54,444 bases of DNA from a virus. Taxonomy: Duplodnaviria > Heunggongvirae > Uroviricota > Caudoviricetes. The DNA lies in IMG/VR virus record IMGVR_UViG_3300037279_000046. One strand, given 5' to 3'. The stretch's first letter is position 1. Each line of letters starts with the position of its first letter. The notes under the pieces were generated by a model that was not told where the DNA came from, did no database searches, and worked only from the letters and a program-made list of their open reading frames with translations. The translations under genes were made by a program, and so were the position numbers. Shown piece after piece: positions 45,201 to 54,035 of this stretch.

Positions 45201-46901
45201 ATGATTGCAAAGACGGCAGGAACCACAACACGCGTACGGATCACAGGTTCTGACCGGGTTGCATTCACTGGCGAGACATTGACACAATCAATGAGCTCGT
45301 TGAAAGTATCCTTCACGGGTGCTGAGATTGATTTTGCTACTGGCAGTATCTACGGTGGGGATGCAACTCAACCGTTAAGCAGTGACTTTACAACTGCTCT
45401 TGGTGTAAACTTTACACCTGCGTCTGTTCCATCTGGTAACTACTTTTGGTATGCAGTTACTGCTAACCCATCAGGAACTAATTCTGATAACACAGTGAAT
45501 GTTCAGTTCAACGTTATCGGTGCTACAGCAAGCGGAACAACTCCTACTGACGCTCAGAAACCTGCACTTGGCGGAACTCTAAAACTTGGATTTGTTGTCG
45601 TTAAAGACAACGGTTCTGGTGGCGCTGGAACTATCCTTCCATTCAACTCTGCAAGTATGCCTCTGCCTGCCGCTTCTGCGCAGTCTAAGATTACTCAGCT
45701 CGGCGTTGGATCTGGATCTGGCGGAGGCTCTGGACTTCAAAAGGTTCGCTTGATGAACCCTACATCGACTGTATTGCCTACAGGCACTGTAACAGTCGAT
45801 GGTCAAACGGTTAACACTGGCGATCTAGTATTGTTCACAGGCCTTGCGTCTGGCAATAACATGATCTACAAAGCAGTGGGAACTGGCACAACTATCACTA
45901 GTTGGCAGTCTCAGTACTTGTTCAATGGTTCGGCATCGCCATCAGAGGCCGATACTGTAATCGTTCAAGAAGGTACTAGCTACGCAGACACAGTTGGAAC
46001 ATTTACAGGAACAGCTTGGTCATTCAATAATAAAGTAAGATACTTCAACGCAACGGGCGATTACTGGGAAGTTTCCAGCATGAACTCTGCAGTCCTGGCG
46101 AATAACCAGGTTGCACCGGCTGATATCTTTGCTATTAACTGGCTTGGTTCTGAGAACATGTGGATGGATTACTCCATCGCGCGTGGAACCACAAAAGAAG
46201 CTGGTACGATCCTTATCACTACTGACGGTACTAACGTCGGTATTGCCAACACTAACGTTGAAAACAACGGCTATGCTGGTATCCTTTTCGAAGGAACGAT
46301 CTCTGGATCGACTATCCATATTCAGTACACTTCGACCAATACCGGCTCTACGGCTCAGTTAAAGTGGACTCTGAAGCGTTGGGCTGATGCTTCTGGCGGA
46401 CCTGGCGGAATTCCTAGTTACAGTGGATCGACTAGCTCGAACATCACTGGTAGCGGTTCTGCACAACAGATTGCAGTTTGGAACTCGCCTACAAACGTTA
46501 CAGGAAACTCGAACTTCACAATTGATACGACCAATGGAACCCTTAATTTGGGATCTGGCGCAGATGTAGTTCAACACACTATCCTTACGGATACTGCACT
46601 TGCTGCTAACCAGACTGATGCTTTGTTATTCACTTACAGCACTAGTTATACTTTTGCCGTAGTCGAATACTCAGCTGTCTGCCCAACTGGCAACTATCGC
46701 ATTGGAACTCTCTTGATCACTCAGGACGGTTCAGCTAACGTGAACGTCGTAGATACGTACTCTGAAGTCAGATCCACTGGATTGATCCTTGCTTCTCCAA
46801 CAGTGACCCACACAATTAGCGGGTCCAATGTTCAAATTCGTTACAGCTCAGCCGCTGGAACAGTGGGAACATTCAAATATGCAGTAAGACGCTGGTCATA
46901 A
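42213..46901 (+). CDS. Large baseplate-attached tail fibre/adsorption protein
   Basis: 1562 aa Thr/Gly/Ser-rich; AHGL.DGQ.V.I.GT..YNG repeats; fibre modules. Confidence 0.75.
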   Translation: MAVLGRLLISSAERLDLPDVLSIDSYAAGDFKYLLQGLVNNEKPYVLKGFEVIDPASAIGTQTCSIEIADSCVFYPGSAAGPFFYGLPAGNTNAQPLVPELRKNAVNYVYLTFTTTNTSTDSRAFWDPDKNGGVGGEFTQDVNTESVLTCQVNVSTGAFPANTIPIAKITVGAVVITAIQDARDMMFRLGTGGISPNPFASYDWQSLPNSSYQRNEPPTTMVAGGVNPFEGGDKNIESLKDWMDAVMTKLRELGGTIYWYQDASTYSIVSTFTDALTTTYKSKGSWVHSGTTPGLVTWTEDIKIKLTSDPRYYMLRAGNVQMANENVAYLDLVRNQPINSTDAPVAFTNGQAYINTVGGSVGLFANLSQGDWIKQASDPAQYFLQVEAFFDSVNGAGNQTTAALAKSVVLSGAYLGVTTNNNARYDKGVYTAGDVIVSSRNAAAIAAAGGDFSWLILRSDTIESIGNIATTSLTVSVATGSGSQALVTSTTAHGLLDGQRVTIAGTTDYNGTYAVEVASTTTFYITTAVTAAGPETGTANYATVTTVARSTQYGLQLESADHGFATDETIQITGTTNYNGSFQVAVIDSTHFQIPVAGPLATETAGSATLAQVIVRSELGAFSLVQGESGSIGDVLSQNIKLFLGMTSDTQVYPDYAVPSGYNTLAGTENFNSASTDNVTTRLSELTAMMADKAQDKTVKYLATGLTSVTNTTSGSAQQITFAPAGATLTLLLPGSPSNATVTLPSAAPGISLLANQSAYVIIDRNGGTPTPAIQIANTASLAIGENTFVIATRLTGSNVWLWDGSTLASGSTPISPTGSAQDRNLKVIKGGTWSWTLSTNSLTWTSDAYVQMPGVADISNTLSAQTNTALTADDMVLYVEINRSGTTANVLTITAAPIASVPVDANAFIIARRVNNSIILGNDGMLLIDGESKGLHAGLSVQNRALFGTGVTEATSQGNYSTRGGVARTMADTEGSLDALASIDAEFDKYFGQLRMIAKTAGTTTRVRITGSDRVAFTGETLTQSMSSLKVSFTGAEIDFATGSIYGGDATQPLSSDFTTALGVNFTPASVPSGNYFWYAVTANPSGTNSDNTVNVQFNVIGATASGTTPTDAQKPALGGTLKLGFVVVKDNGSGGAGTILPFNSASMPLPAASAQSKITQLGVGSGSGGGSGLQKVRLMNPTSTVLPTGTVTVDGQTVNTGDLVLFTGLASGNNMIYKAVGTGTTITSWQSQYLFNGSASPSEADTVIVQEGTSYADTVGTFTGTAWSFNNKVRYFNATGDYWEVSSMNSAVLANNQVAPADIFAINWLGSENMWMDYSIARGTTKEAGTILITTDGTNVGIANTNVENNGYAGILFEGTISGSTIHIQYTSTNTGSTAQLKWTLKRWADASGGPGGIPSYSGSTSSNITGSGSAQQIAVWNSPTNVTGNSNFTIDTTNGTLNLGSGADVVQHTILTDTALAANQTDALLFTYSTSYTFAVVEYSAVCPTGNYRIGTLLITQDGSANVNVVDTYSEVRSTGLILASPTVTHTISGSNVQIRYSSAAGTVGTFKYAVRRWS

Positions 46902-46962
46902 CCTTAGTTTATCACTATGATAAAATGAGGGTATCGAGTCGCTTGCTGAGTGAGAGGGTTTT

Positions 46963-48984
46963 ATGGCTAATGAGTTAAAGTTTGGTAATAAGGTTATATT
47001 TCTTAACGGAAATCCTATTACATTGCCTACTGGGACAGCTGATCCGGGTACTGGAGCTGCTGGTGATTTTTTCTACCGCAGTGACCTCGGTTTGGTACGT
47101 TATTACAACGGAACGATCTGGCAGAACCTTGCTGCTGGTATGGTTATTACCGCCCACAGCGGACTGACTGGTTTAACGGCCCCTGCCGATGACCATACTC
47201 AGTATGCTCTATTGGCTGGTCGTGCTGGCGGTCAGATTCAAGTCGGCGGTACTGCTGCCGGAAACAACCTCACCCTCCGTTCGACAACGAACGCTTCTAA
47301 GGGTTCGGTTATCTTAGATGAAACGACTGCCTCAAGTTCTACTGTCACGGGTGCTTTGGTACTCAGTGGTGGTATGGGCGTTGCTGGAAGTATCTTCTCT
47401 GGTGGCATCGTATCTGCTGCTACGCAGGTTCAGACCCCAATCATCGACGCTATCTCTTCTGGAACATTACTGATCGGTAGTTCAAATACTACTCAGATTA
47501 ACGTAGGTAACGATCCTAACACTGCGACTGGTAACATCCTCGCTGGTTCAGGAAACAAGACTTTAAATATCGCAACTGGCTCTGGTACAAACGTTGTTAA
47601 TATCGGTGGTACTAACTCTACAGTTAATATCAACGGTACCCTTAACTACATCCACAGCACGCAGTTACAAGTATCTGATCCTGTTATCACTGTAAACGCT
47701 GGTGGAGCTGCTGGTTCTGCTACTGCTGCTGGCTTCAACATTCAAGAAAACAATGTTATCACTGGTTATATAACCACTGCTAACTCGCGTCAATCGTATG
47801 ACCACCTTGCTCCGGCAGGTCCTGGTATCTTCCGTTTGACTCCTACTACAGCTTCCTTCATCGGTGAGCTCGGTCAGGCTGTTCTTACTGCTAACCGTAC
47901 TTGGACTCTTCCAGATGCAAGCGGCACTATTGCTTTAACTTCTGCTTTCGCTTCATATCTCCCACTTGCTGGTGGCACTTTGACTGGTAACCTTACCATG
48001 TCGAATCAGTCACAAGTTCGTTACGGCGACACAGGAAGCAATTACGTTGCTCTCCGTGGACCGACAACTGTAACTACTGATTACACCCTTACTCTTCCAG
48101 CTGCAGCCCCTGCACTCAATCAGATCCTTGTATCTGATGCTTCTGGTAACTTGTCTTGGGGAGTAAACGGTTCTGGATCAGTTAACTCTGGTACTGCTGG
48201 TCGCTTGAGCCTGTATGCTGCTTCTGGAAACGCTATCTCTGATACGTATGTCCAAAACAGCCAAAACATCAACATCGCAGTTGCTGCACAAGCAGCCCGT
48301 ACTGCAGGTCTGGTTTACACTCTTCCTAACCCAGGAAATGCTGTAACAGCGACCAACATCTTGTTAGATCAAGGTGCTCAGACTGTTAACGGTCAGTTCA
48401 CACTGGCTCAGAGCTTATTGTTCTCTGCTAACGGAACACAAGCGATTGCTTCAGACGCTGCTGAATTGGCTACTGTTTGGGCCTTCGCGATCAACCACAA
48501 TGATGTTACTACACCTAACTTGAACATCGCAACTACTGGAAATAACGGATCAATTATCCTTACCACTAACGGTACAGGCACGATCGATAACGTTACAACC
48601 ATGATGCGTCGTTCTACTGACGGCGTAAACTACTTCCAGGATCAGTATATCGATGCTATGACCCTGGCTGCTAACACTTCGTCAGCTGCTGAGATCAACT
48701 CTTCATTGAGCTTTAATCTCACTAACTTTGACGGTGCTGTTATCAACTACCGCATCAAAGAAGCAACTACAAATAACATCCGTATCGGACAGTTCTATGT
48801 AAGTGCTCAAGGTACAACTGTAAGCAGCTCTGATCAGTTCACTGAGACTGCGGCCCTTGGCTCAACTCTTGGTTTACAGCTCACTGCTGATATTAACTCT
48901 GGCAACGTAAGAATTTTATATAATAACACTAATGCCACTAACGCTAGCACGATGAGAGCGCAAATCCGGAGATTCCACGCATAA
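46963..48984 (+). CDS. Tail fibre protein
   Basis: DPGTGAAGDFFY anchor; DDHTQY, GALVLSGGMGV, QVSDPVITVN fibre motifs. Confidence 0.75.
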   Translation: MANELKFGNKVIFLNGNPITLPTGTADPGTGAAGDFFYRSDLGLVRYYNGTIWQNLAAGMVITAHSGLTGLTAPADDHTQYALLAGRAGGQIQVGGTAAGNNLTLRSTTNASKGSVILDETTASSSTVTGALVLSGGMGVAGSIFSGGIVSAATQVQTPIIDAISSGTLLIGSSNTTQINVGNDPNTATGNILAGSGNKTLNIATGSGTNVVNIGGTNSTVNINGTLNYIHSTQLQVSDPVITVNAGGAAGSATAAGFNIQENNVITGYITTANSRQSYDHLAPAGPGIFRLTPTTASFIGELGQAVLTANRTWTLPDASGTIALTSAFASYLPLAGGTLTGNLTMSNQSQVRYGDTGSNYVALRGPTTVTTDYTLTLPAAAPALNQILVSDASGNLSWGVNGSGSVNSGTAGRLSLYAASGNAISDTYVQNSQNINIAVAAQAARTAGLVYTLPNPGNAVTATNILLDQGAQTVNGQFTLAQSLLFSANGTQAIASDAAELATVWAFAINHNDVTTPNLNIATTGNNGSIILTTNGTGTIDNVTTMMRRSTDGVNYFQDQYIDAMTLAANTSSAAEINSSLSFNLTNFDGAVINYRIKEATTNNIRIGQFYVSAQGTTVSSSDQFTETAALGSTLGLQLTADINSGNVRILYNNTNATNASTMRAQIRRFHA

Positions 48985-49047
48985 TTAAGCTACTGACTTA
49001 AATCATAGTATAATTAGTTTGTAATCAAGCAAGGATAGGGAATTGCT

Positions 49048-50415
49048 ATGTCAAGAGTTTTTTTAAAAGTTAGATCTGGTCTGAATCTAGGTAGTTTAAC
49101 TGCTGACCCCAGTGACCCAAATGAGGGTGATTTTTACTATAACACTACTACTACTACTTTTCGTCAATATATTAGTGGGGCATGGCACAATACGGTTGGA
49201 GATGATTTAACTCAAACTTTAACCAATAAATCCTTAGTTGACAACACAACTTCAATAGTTGGCAATGCCGATGCAACTAAAAAAATTAATTTTACTGCTG
49301 CTGGCACTACTGCTACCACTACTACAGTACAGTCTTCACAAACTATTAATAGAACGTTAACTCTTCCCGATGTAACTGACACATTAGTTGCATTAGCTGC
49401 AACACAATCTCTATCTAATAAACAAATTGCTTATAGTGTGGCAACAGACTCTACTACAACTGGTGCTAACACAACAATTGGCGCTTTTACTACTGGATTA
49501 GTGCGATTAACAAACACCTCACTTACAAGTATAAGTGGCGTACCAGCAGGTACATCTGGTCAAATTTTGATTGTTGAGAATAAAACTGGCAATCAGATTT
49601 CTATCAATAACGAAGAAGCGACCGCGACTGCAGCAAATAGAATTCAAACTGGTGCAGGCGGAAACGTCTCAATGGCAAACAATGCGACATTCGCATTTAC
49701 CTATGACACGACGTCTAGTCGTTGGCAATTAACTGGTGGTTCAGGTTCAGGTTCAGGTTCGGGCGGATACATTGCTCCCACGGTTCAAAAATTTACATCA
49801 AGCTCAGGTACTTATACGCTCCCAACGAGTCCCCGTACTCCGCTCTATATTCGTGTTCGCGCAGTTGGTGCAGGTGGAGGCGGTGGCGGTGGTGGCACTA
49901 CCGCGGTTAACGGAACTGGCGGTAACTCTACTACTTTCGGCACTAGTCTACTGGTGGCAGGTGGAGGCGGTGGCGGATCAGGCGGTTCAATACCTACAGG
50001 TGGCATAGGTGGCAGTAGTTCATTAGGCTCAGGCCCTGTAGGCTTGGCAGCAACAGGTAACAGCGGTGGAACGGGCAGCAACTCAGGCGGGTCAACTGTC
50101 AGTTATCAGACGGGTGGCGTAGGTGGCGGTGGAGCTTTCGGCGGTGCTGGCTATAGCGGCGGTCCAACAGAATCGGGTGGCAACGCGGCGGCAAACTCTG
50201 GTGGCGGTGGTGGTGGCGGTGGAACGGGCACAGGTGTAGCGAATGAATGGGCTGGCGGCGGTGGCGGCGCAGGCGGTTTTGTTGACGCAATCATCACAAG
50301 CCCTTTATCTACCTACGCATGGGTAGTTGGTGGCGGCGGTGCTGGAGCTTCGAATACCTATAACGGCGGTAACGGCGGAAGTGGCTTGATTATAGTCGAG
50401 GAGCACTACCAATGA
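49048..50415 (+). CDS. Tail fibre protein with C-terminal glycine-rich domain
   Basis: DPSDPNEGDFYY anchor; IRVRAVGAGGGGGG...GGSGLIIVEEHYQ. Confidence 0.8.
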   Translation: MSRVFLKVRSGLNLGSLTADPSDPNEGDFYYNTTTTTFRQYISGAWHNTVGDDLTQTLTNKSLVDNTTSIVGNADATKKINFTAAGTTATTTTVQSSQTINRTLTLPDVTDTLVALAATQSLSNKQIAYSVATDSTTTGANTTIGAFTTGLVRLTNTSLTSISGVPAGTSGQILIVENKTGNQISINNEEATATAANRIQTGAGGNVSMANNATFAFTYDTTSSRWQLTGGSGSGSGSGGYIAPTVQKFTSSSGTYTLPTSPRTPLYIRVRAVGAGGGGGGGGTTAVNGTGGNSTTFGTSLLVAGGGGGGSGGSIPTGGIGGSSSLGSGPVGLAATGNSGGTGSNSGGSTVSYQTGGVGGGGAFGGAGYSGGPTESGGNAAANSGGGGGGGGTGTGVANEWAGGGGGAGGFVDAIITSPLSTYAWVVGGGGAGASNTYNGGNGGSGLIIVEEHYQ

Positions 50416-50597
50416 CAATACCATGTTTTGAAGTTACGTTAGTTTATGCGGATGGTTCTACCTGGCTTGCAGGAAGCTTCCAATCTTTGGACGATGCCAA
50501 TGCTTGGGTTACGAATGAAAAAGCACAACCCTACTGGGTAGCTACAACGCAAGCCAACGTCGTCGACAAGTCCTATACAATTACGCCTATTACTTGA
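50412..50597 (+). CDS. Small protein downstream of fibre (possible fibre assembly factor)
   Basis: ATGA overlap with fibre gene. Confidence 0.55.
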   Translation: MTIPCFEVTLVYADGSTWLAGSFQSLDDANAWVTNEKAQPYWVATTQANVVDKSYTITPIT

Positions 50598-50603
50598 GGA
50601 AAT

Positions 50604-50807
50604 ATGAGATTCTATAATGTCCCAAACATCATCCCGACTAGCACAGTTCTGAATACTACTGTCAATAGCCTGCCTATGCAGTTGATGGACGCAATCAGTT
50701 TTAGCATACAAATATTCTTTACAGGCACGTCAGGATATAACGGCGGACAGGGCGGTAGCGGCGGTGGTGCAGGTGGAGCCATCTTCGTTGAAGAGTACTA
50801 TCAGTAA
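50604..50807 (+). pseudogene. Probable chimeric remnant: unrelated N-terminus fused to the last about 23 aa of a Gly-rich fibre
   Basis: Ends YNGGQGGSGGGAGGAIFVEEYYQ versus YNGGNGGSGLIIVEEHYQ of 49048..50415. Confidence 0.55.
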
Positions 50808-51586
50808 TGGCCAATAAGTATCTAGACATCTTATCTCCATGCATCGACCAGTACGGCTTCATAACACAAGCCGGTCCTCAATTTGATGGTGGAGATTCTT
50901 CTCAAAGAGAAGGTACGTTGATGCTTTGGTCTTGGTGTGCTCTTCAAGAGGGCAAGCTATCACAGGCTGACTACGACGTTATTCAAGCTAGATACATCGC
51001 AAATTATGCAAAACTTCGTGAGGGTTGCATGCCAGGCGAGATTACACGTCATCGTGGATCTGCACAATGGTATGACCTCCCGTGGCGCATGTCCCGTGAT
51101 CAGTGGACTCCAAACGCTATTTCTGCAGGCCTTGTGAAGCAGAACCGTGCAGATCTTCTATGGGGTGCATCACTTCGTGGGTTCCTGTTTACCACTAATC
51201 TCATTCCAAACTGGGTTGTTAAAGGCCAGACAGGATATGAGATTAAGTGTCCAGATCTGACAGTACTGTCATCTTGGGGATACATGGCTCGCTGGGCAGG
51301 ATGGCTAGCATTGCCATTGGTATTGATCACAGACTTAGATCTTCTTGTAAACTCTATCATCTGGCATTACAACATCAAGAATCCAGCCAACACGAACACA
51401 GATATCTCTAACCACGTTAACTCATTGCTTCAAGCTAAATACAAATGTCCAACTCCATTCTCATGGTTGGCTCGTAGAATCTTGAATGTTAACGATGTGC
51501 AGAATCTGCTGAACAGCTACTTCGGTCCTGGATCTTGCCCACTCGGACAAGTATCACAAGACTTCCTAGCTGACTCCTGGAAATAA
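50807..51586 (+). CDS. Hypothetical protein, probably alpha-helical, last gene of plus-strand module
   Basis: 259-aa ORF coupled to upstream stop; DGGDS, RH..W...MSRDQ, PDL, D.SN motifs. Confidence 0.7.
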   Translation: MANKYLDILSPCIDQYGFITQAGPQFDGGDSSQREGTLMLWSWCALQEGKLSQADYDVIQARYIANYAKLREGCMPGEITRHRGSAQWYDLPWRMSRDQWTPNAISAGLVKQNRADLLWGASLRGFLFTTNLIPNWVVKGQTGYEIKCPDLTVLSSWGYMARWAGWLALPLVLITDLDLLVNSIIWHYNIKNPANTNTDISNHVNSLLQAKYKCPTPFSWLARRILNVNDVQNLLNSYFGPGSCPLGQVSQDFLADSWK

Positions 51587-51982
51587 TTAAAAGAAGAGCA
51601 TAGACGAGATGTCTATGTATAGCGAAGGATCAACGTTGTTCTTCATGATGTAGGCTTGTGACCACCAAATGGTTACGCCTCTTACTGTCTGCGATTCCCA
51701 TGGGACATGCTGATCTTCAGGACCAGCATTAAACTCAACTGATACTTTAGTACCCTGGTCGAAACCCTTGACGCGCTCTTTCAATGATCGCAATGCATCT
51801 CTAAATAACTGATTGTCATATTTCATCCCGCCGTGAAGAACGCGTGATTCCTCAATATTCTTGAAGAAATCAAATGCTGCGTCTTCTAGGGATTTGTTAT
51901 TGGCAGCAGAGACCCGTTTATCACGGATCTTCTGTGCTTTCTTGTTGATTTCTTTGATAAGGTCTTTTTTAACTTTACTCAT
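51587..51982 (-). CDS. Hypothetical protein
   Basis: 131-aa ORF coupled to upstream endonuclease. Confidence 0.7.
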   Translation of the reverse strand: MSKVKKDLIKEINKKAQKIRDKRVSAANNKSLEDAAFDFFKNIEESRVLHGGMKYDNQLFRDALRSLKERVKGFDQGTKVSVEFNAGPEDQHVPWESQTVRGVTIWWSQAYIMKNNVDPSLYIDISSMLFF

Positions 51983-52535
51983 TATGAGTCTTTAAATAGT
52001 TAAAAGCTTTATAAAGAACATCTGTACTGTCTTGTAATAAACCTATACCTTTATTACAAGGATCACATAGTAGTCCACGAACTTTGCCAGTTTTATGATT
52101 ATGATCAACGGCGAAAAGTTTTACAAAACTTGATTGATGTCTAGTGCAACAAGCACAAAGGCCATTTTGATCATTAAAAAGTTTATTGTAATTTAATAGT
52201 GCTTCTTCCCACGAAGAAGAAGGCCAATATTTATATCTTAATTGCATCCCTCTGTGTTGATCGGAATTTTCTGCTCTCCACTTCTTAGAGTATTCTTTAA
52301 CTCTTGTGGGATCTTTTAAATATCTTTGTTTGTTTGATAATTTAGTTTTTTCTTTATTGTGCTGGTACCAATTTTCTTGGTAAGATTTTATTTTCTCTAA
52401 ATTTTCTTCTTTATATTTTTTATTATTAATAGAACAACATGATCGACATCTACTCTGATAGTTATCAGATCTTCTCTTATCCTTACTGAAAAAAGTAAAA
52501 TCTTTTAATAATTTACATTGACTACATTGTTTCAT
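51975..52535 (-). CDS. Endonuclease VII-family nuclease, probably homing type
   Basis: CACC...FAVDHNHKTGKVRGLLCDPCNKGIG; AT-rich; N-terminal CxxC module. Confidence 0.85.
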   Translation of the reverse strand: MKQCSQCKLLKDFTFFSKDKRRSDNYQSRCRSCCSINNKKYKEENLEKIKSYQENWYQHNKEKTKLSNKQRYLKDPTRVKEYSKKWRAENSDQHRGMQLRYKYWPSSSWEEALLNYNKLFNDQNGLCACCTRHQSSFVKLFAVDHNHKTGKVRGLLCDPCNKGIGLLQDSTDVLYKAFNYLKTHNE

Positions 52536-53398
52536 ACTGACTGAACATTCCTTAAAAATAGTTGTGCAAGTTCTTCATGACCATCTCTCTTTAAGATATC
52601 GTTCCAATCAACATTGATTTCTGCAGTACTAGAAAAATGAGTAACTGCACCGGCATCTACTAATTTTCTGAGTCCTTTAAATCCGGCTTCGTCTGTGTCA
52701 AATCCTCCGAAAACTCTGTATCCTTGTTCTTTAAGATCTCTGAGAGTTTGCGCCTGATGGTCGGAGACGCCAGAGCCAGAAGAGCAAATGAACTTCCAGG
52801 GATTATGAGAAATACCGCCATACTTAAGATTAAACGCTTGTTGTAATGAAAACGCATTCAAATATCCTTCACAAACCACTACGGCCTTTATATTGGGGCG
52901 CAATTTAGCTTGATTCCAAAGTCCAAACAACAACCCCAGACGTGTGCCAGGAAGTGTAGTAATCTTCCACGTTTCTCCGTCTTCATTTATTCTAGCATCA
53001 ATGAACCTTATTTGAGCACCACAGAAATGATTTTCAACGTAGTACGGGAAGACAATACCATCTTCTTTCATGTCGTAATACATATCGCCGTCAGGATTTA
53101 GTCCGCGCGATTTAATGTATTCAACACCCTTTTCTGCCCGAGGGTCCGAGAGAGGAATAAATGAAGATGGCCACGCCATCGCTTGTACTTCGTCAGGCTT
53201 AGCTTCTTGCATGTGGAAATCACCGGTAAGGAAGTCAGTCATGTCGATGTCTGCTATCTCGCAGTACTGTTCTAAAGAGTATCCACGATCGCATTTGTTG
53301 CAGTAGCACCAGATCTTGCCATTTTCATTTTGGTGCCAATAGACCGTCCTATTTCTAGGTTGACAGATAAGACACCAACGGTTATCACGTTTTGACAT
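52532..53398 (-). CDS. DNA primase (Zn finger plus TOPRIM)
   Basis: CLIC...CYCNKC; VVVCEGYLNAFS; GGFDTDEAG; SD GGAGG before ATG 53398. Confidence 0.85.
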   Translation of the reverse strand: MSKRDNRWCLICQPRNRTVYWHQNENGKIWCYCNKCDRGYSLEQYCEIADIDMTDFLTGDFHMQEAKPDEVQAMAWPSSFIPLSDPRAEKGVEYIKSRGLNPDGDMYYDMKEDGIVFPYYVENHFCGAQIRFIDARINEDGETWKITTLPGTRLGLLFGLWNQAKLRPNIKAVVVCEGYLNAFSLQQAFNLKYGGISHNPWKFICSSGSGVSDHQAQTLRDLKEQGYRVFGGFDTDEAGFKGLRKLVDAGAVTHFSSTAEINVDWNDILKRDGHEELAQLFLRNVQSV

Positions 53399-54020
53399 AG
53401 TTAAGCCTCCAACCTTTAACTTTGTAACCAAGACGAACAGAAGCAGAGATGCTTTGCTGCGATGCGTTAAGATCTATTGCGGCTTCTTTTAAAGAAGAAT
53501 AAACTTTACCATCATTTCTAATGACTTGTTTTCTATTATTTTTAACTCTTTTTTCTATATATTCTTGAGAATGTTTCTTTCCATACATTGGATTATTTTC
53601 TCCAATTTTACAATTAGACATTCTTTTAATTGTTTTATCAGATCTCTTAATCCCTTTTAATTTTTTAGATATTGCTTTTTTCGTCTTTTTAGATTGCTGA
53701 TGACCAAGTCTTGCATTATTAGTTTCTTTTGAAATGTTATATCCATGCTTAGGAATAGAGGAGTTATAGAGGTTTATAAAGTAAAGTTCACGCTTATCTA
53801 AATCAACAGATCCTATTTCTATAACTTCAAATTCAAATGCCTCTTCTCCATATTTATTCCAAGCTCTTTGCATAAGAATAGAACTATGACATTTACGATT
53901 TAAAGTCGATCTATGGGCACAAAATCTATCATAGAAGTTACAGTAAGTTGAACCGATGTAACGCTTACCACTTTCTTTATGAGTGATACTATAAATGCCG
54001 GTCTCAATCTTGAGATTCAT
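53385..54020 (-). CDS. GIY-YIG homing endonuclease with NUMOD3/NUMOD1-like C-terminus
   Basis: GIYSITHKESGKRYIGST...RE...YN; HSQEYIEK; YSSLKEAA; very AT-rich. Confidence 0.9.
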   Translation of the reverse strand: MNLKIETGIYSITHKESGKRYIGSTYCNFYDRFCAHRSTLNRKCHSSILMQRAWNKYGEEAFEFEVIEIGSVDLDKRELYFINLYNSSIPKHGYNISKETNNARLGHQQSKKTKKAISKKLKGIKRSDKTIKRMSNCKIGENNPMYGKKHSQEYIEKRVKNNRKQVIRNDGKVYSSLKEAAIDLNASQQSISASVRLGYKVKGWRLNYVKT

Positions 54021-54035
54021 GCTTCACCATTAATT

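Noticed and set aside
15489-50290. Many 60-200 aa antisense or alternate-frame ORFs inside structural genes
   Set aside because: Shadow ORFs from biased codon usage (GCT, ACT, GGT) with no SD or recognisable domains.
19039-50415. Bacterial eCIS, tailocin or T6SS locus
   Set aside because: Neck genes, frameshifted chaperone, primase/helicase, homing endonucleases and early phage genes indicate a complete phage.
42213-50807. Diversity-generating retroelement acting on tail fibres
   Set aside because: No reverse transcriptase, and the duplicated fibre end differs at many non-adenine positions, so it is not a TR/VR pair.
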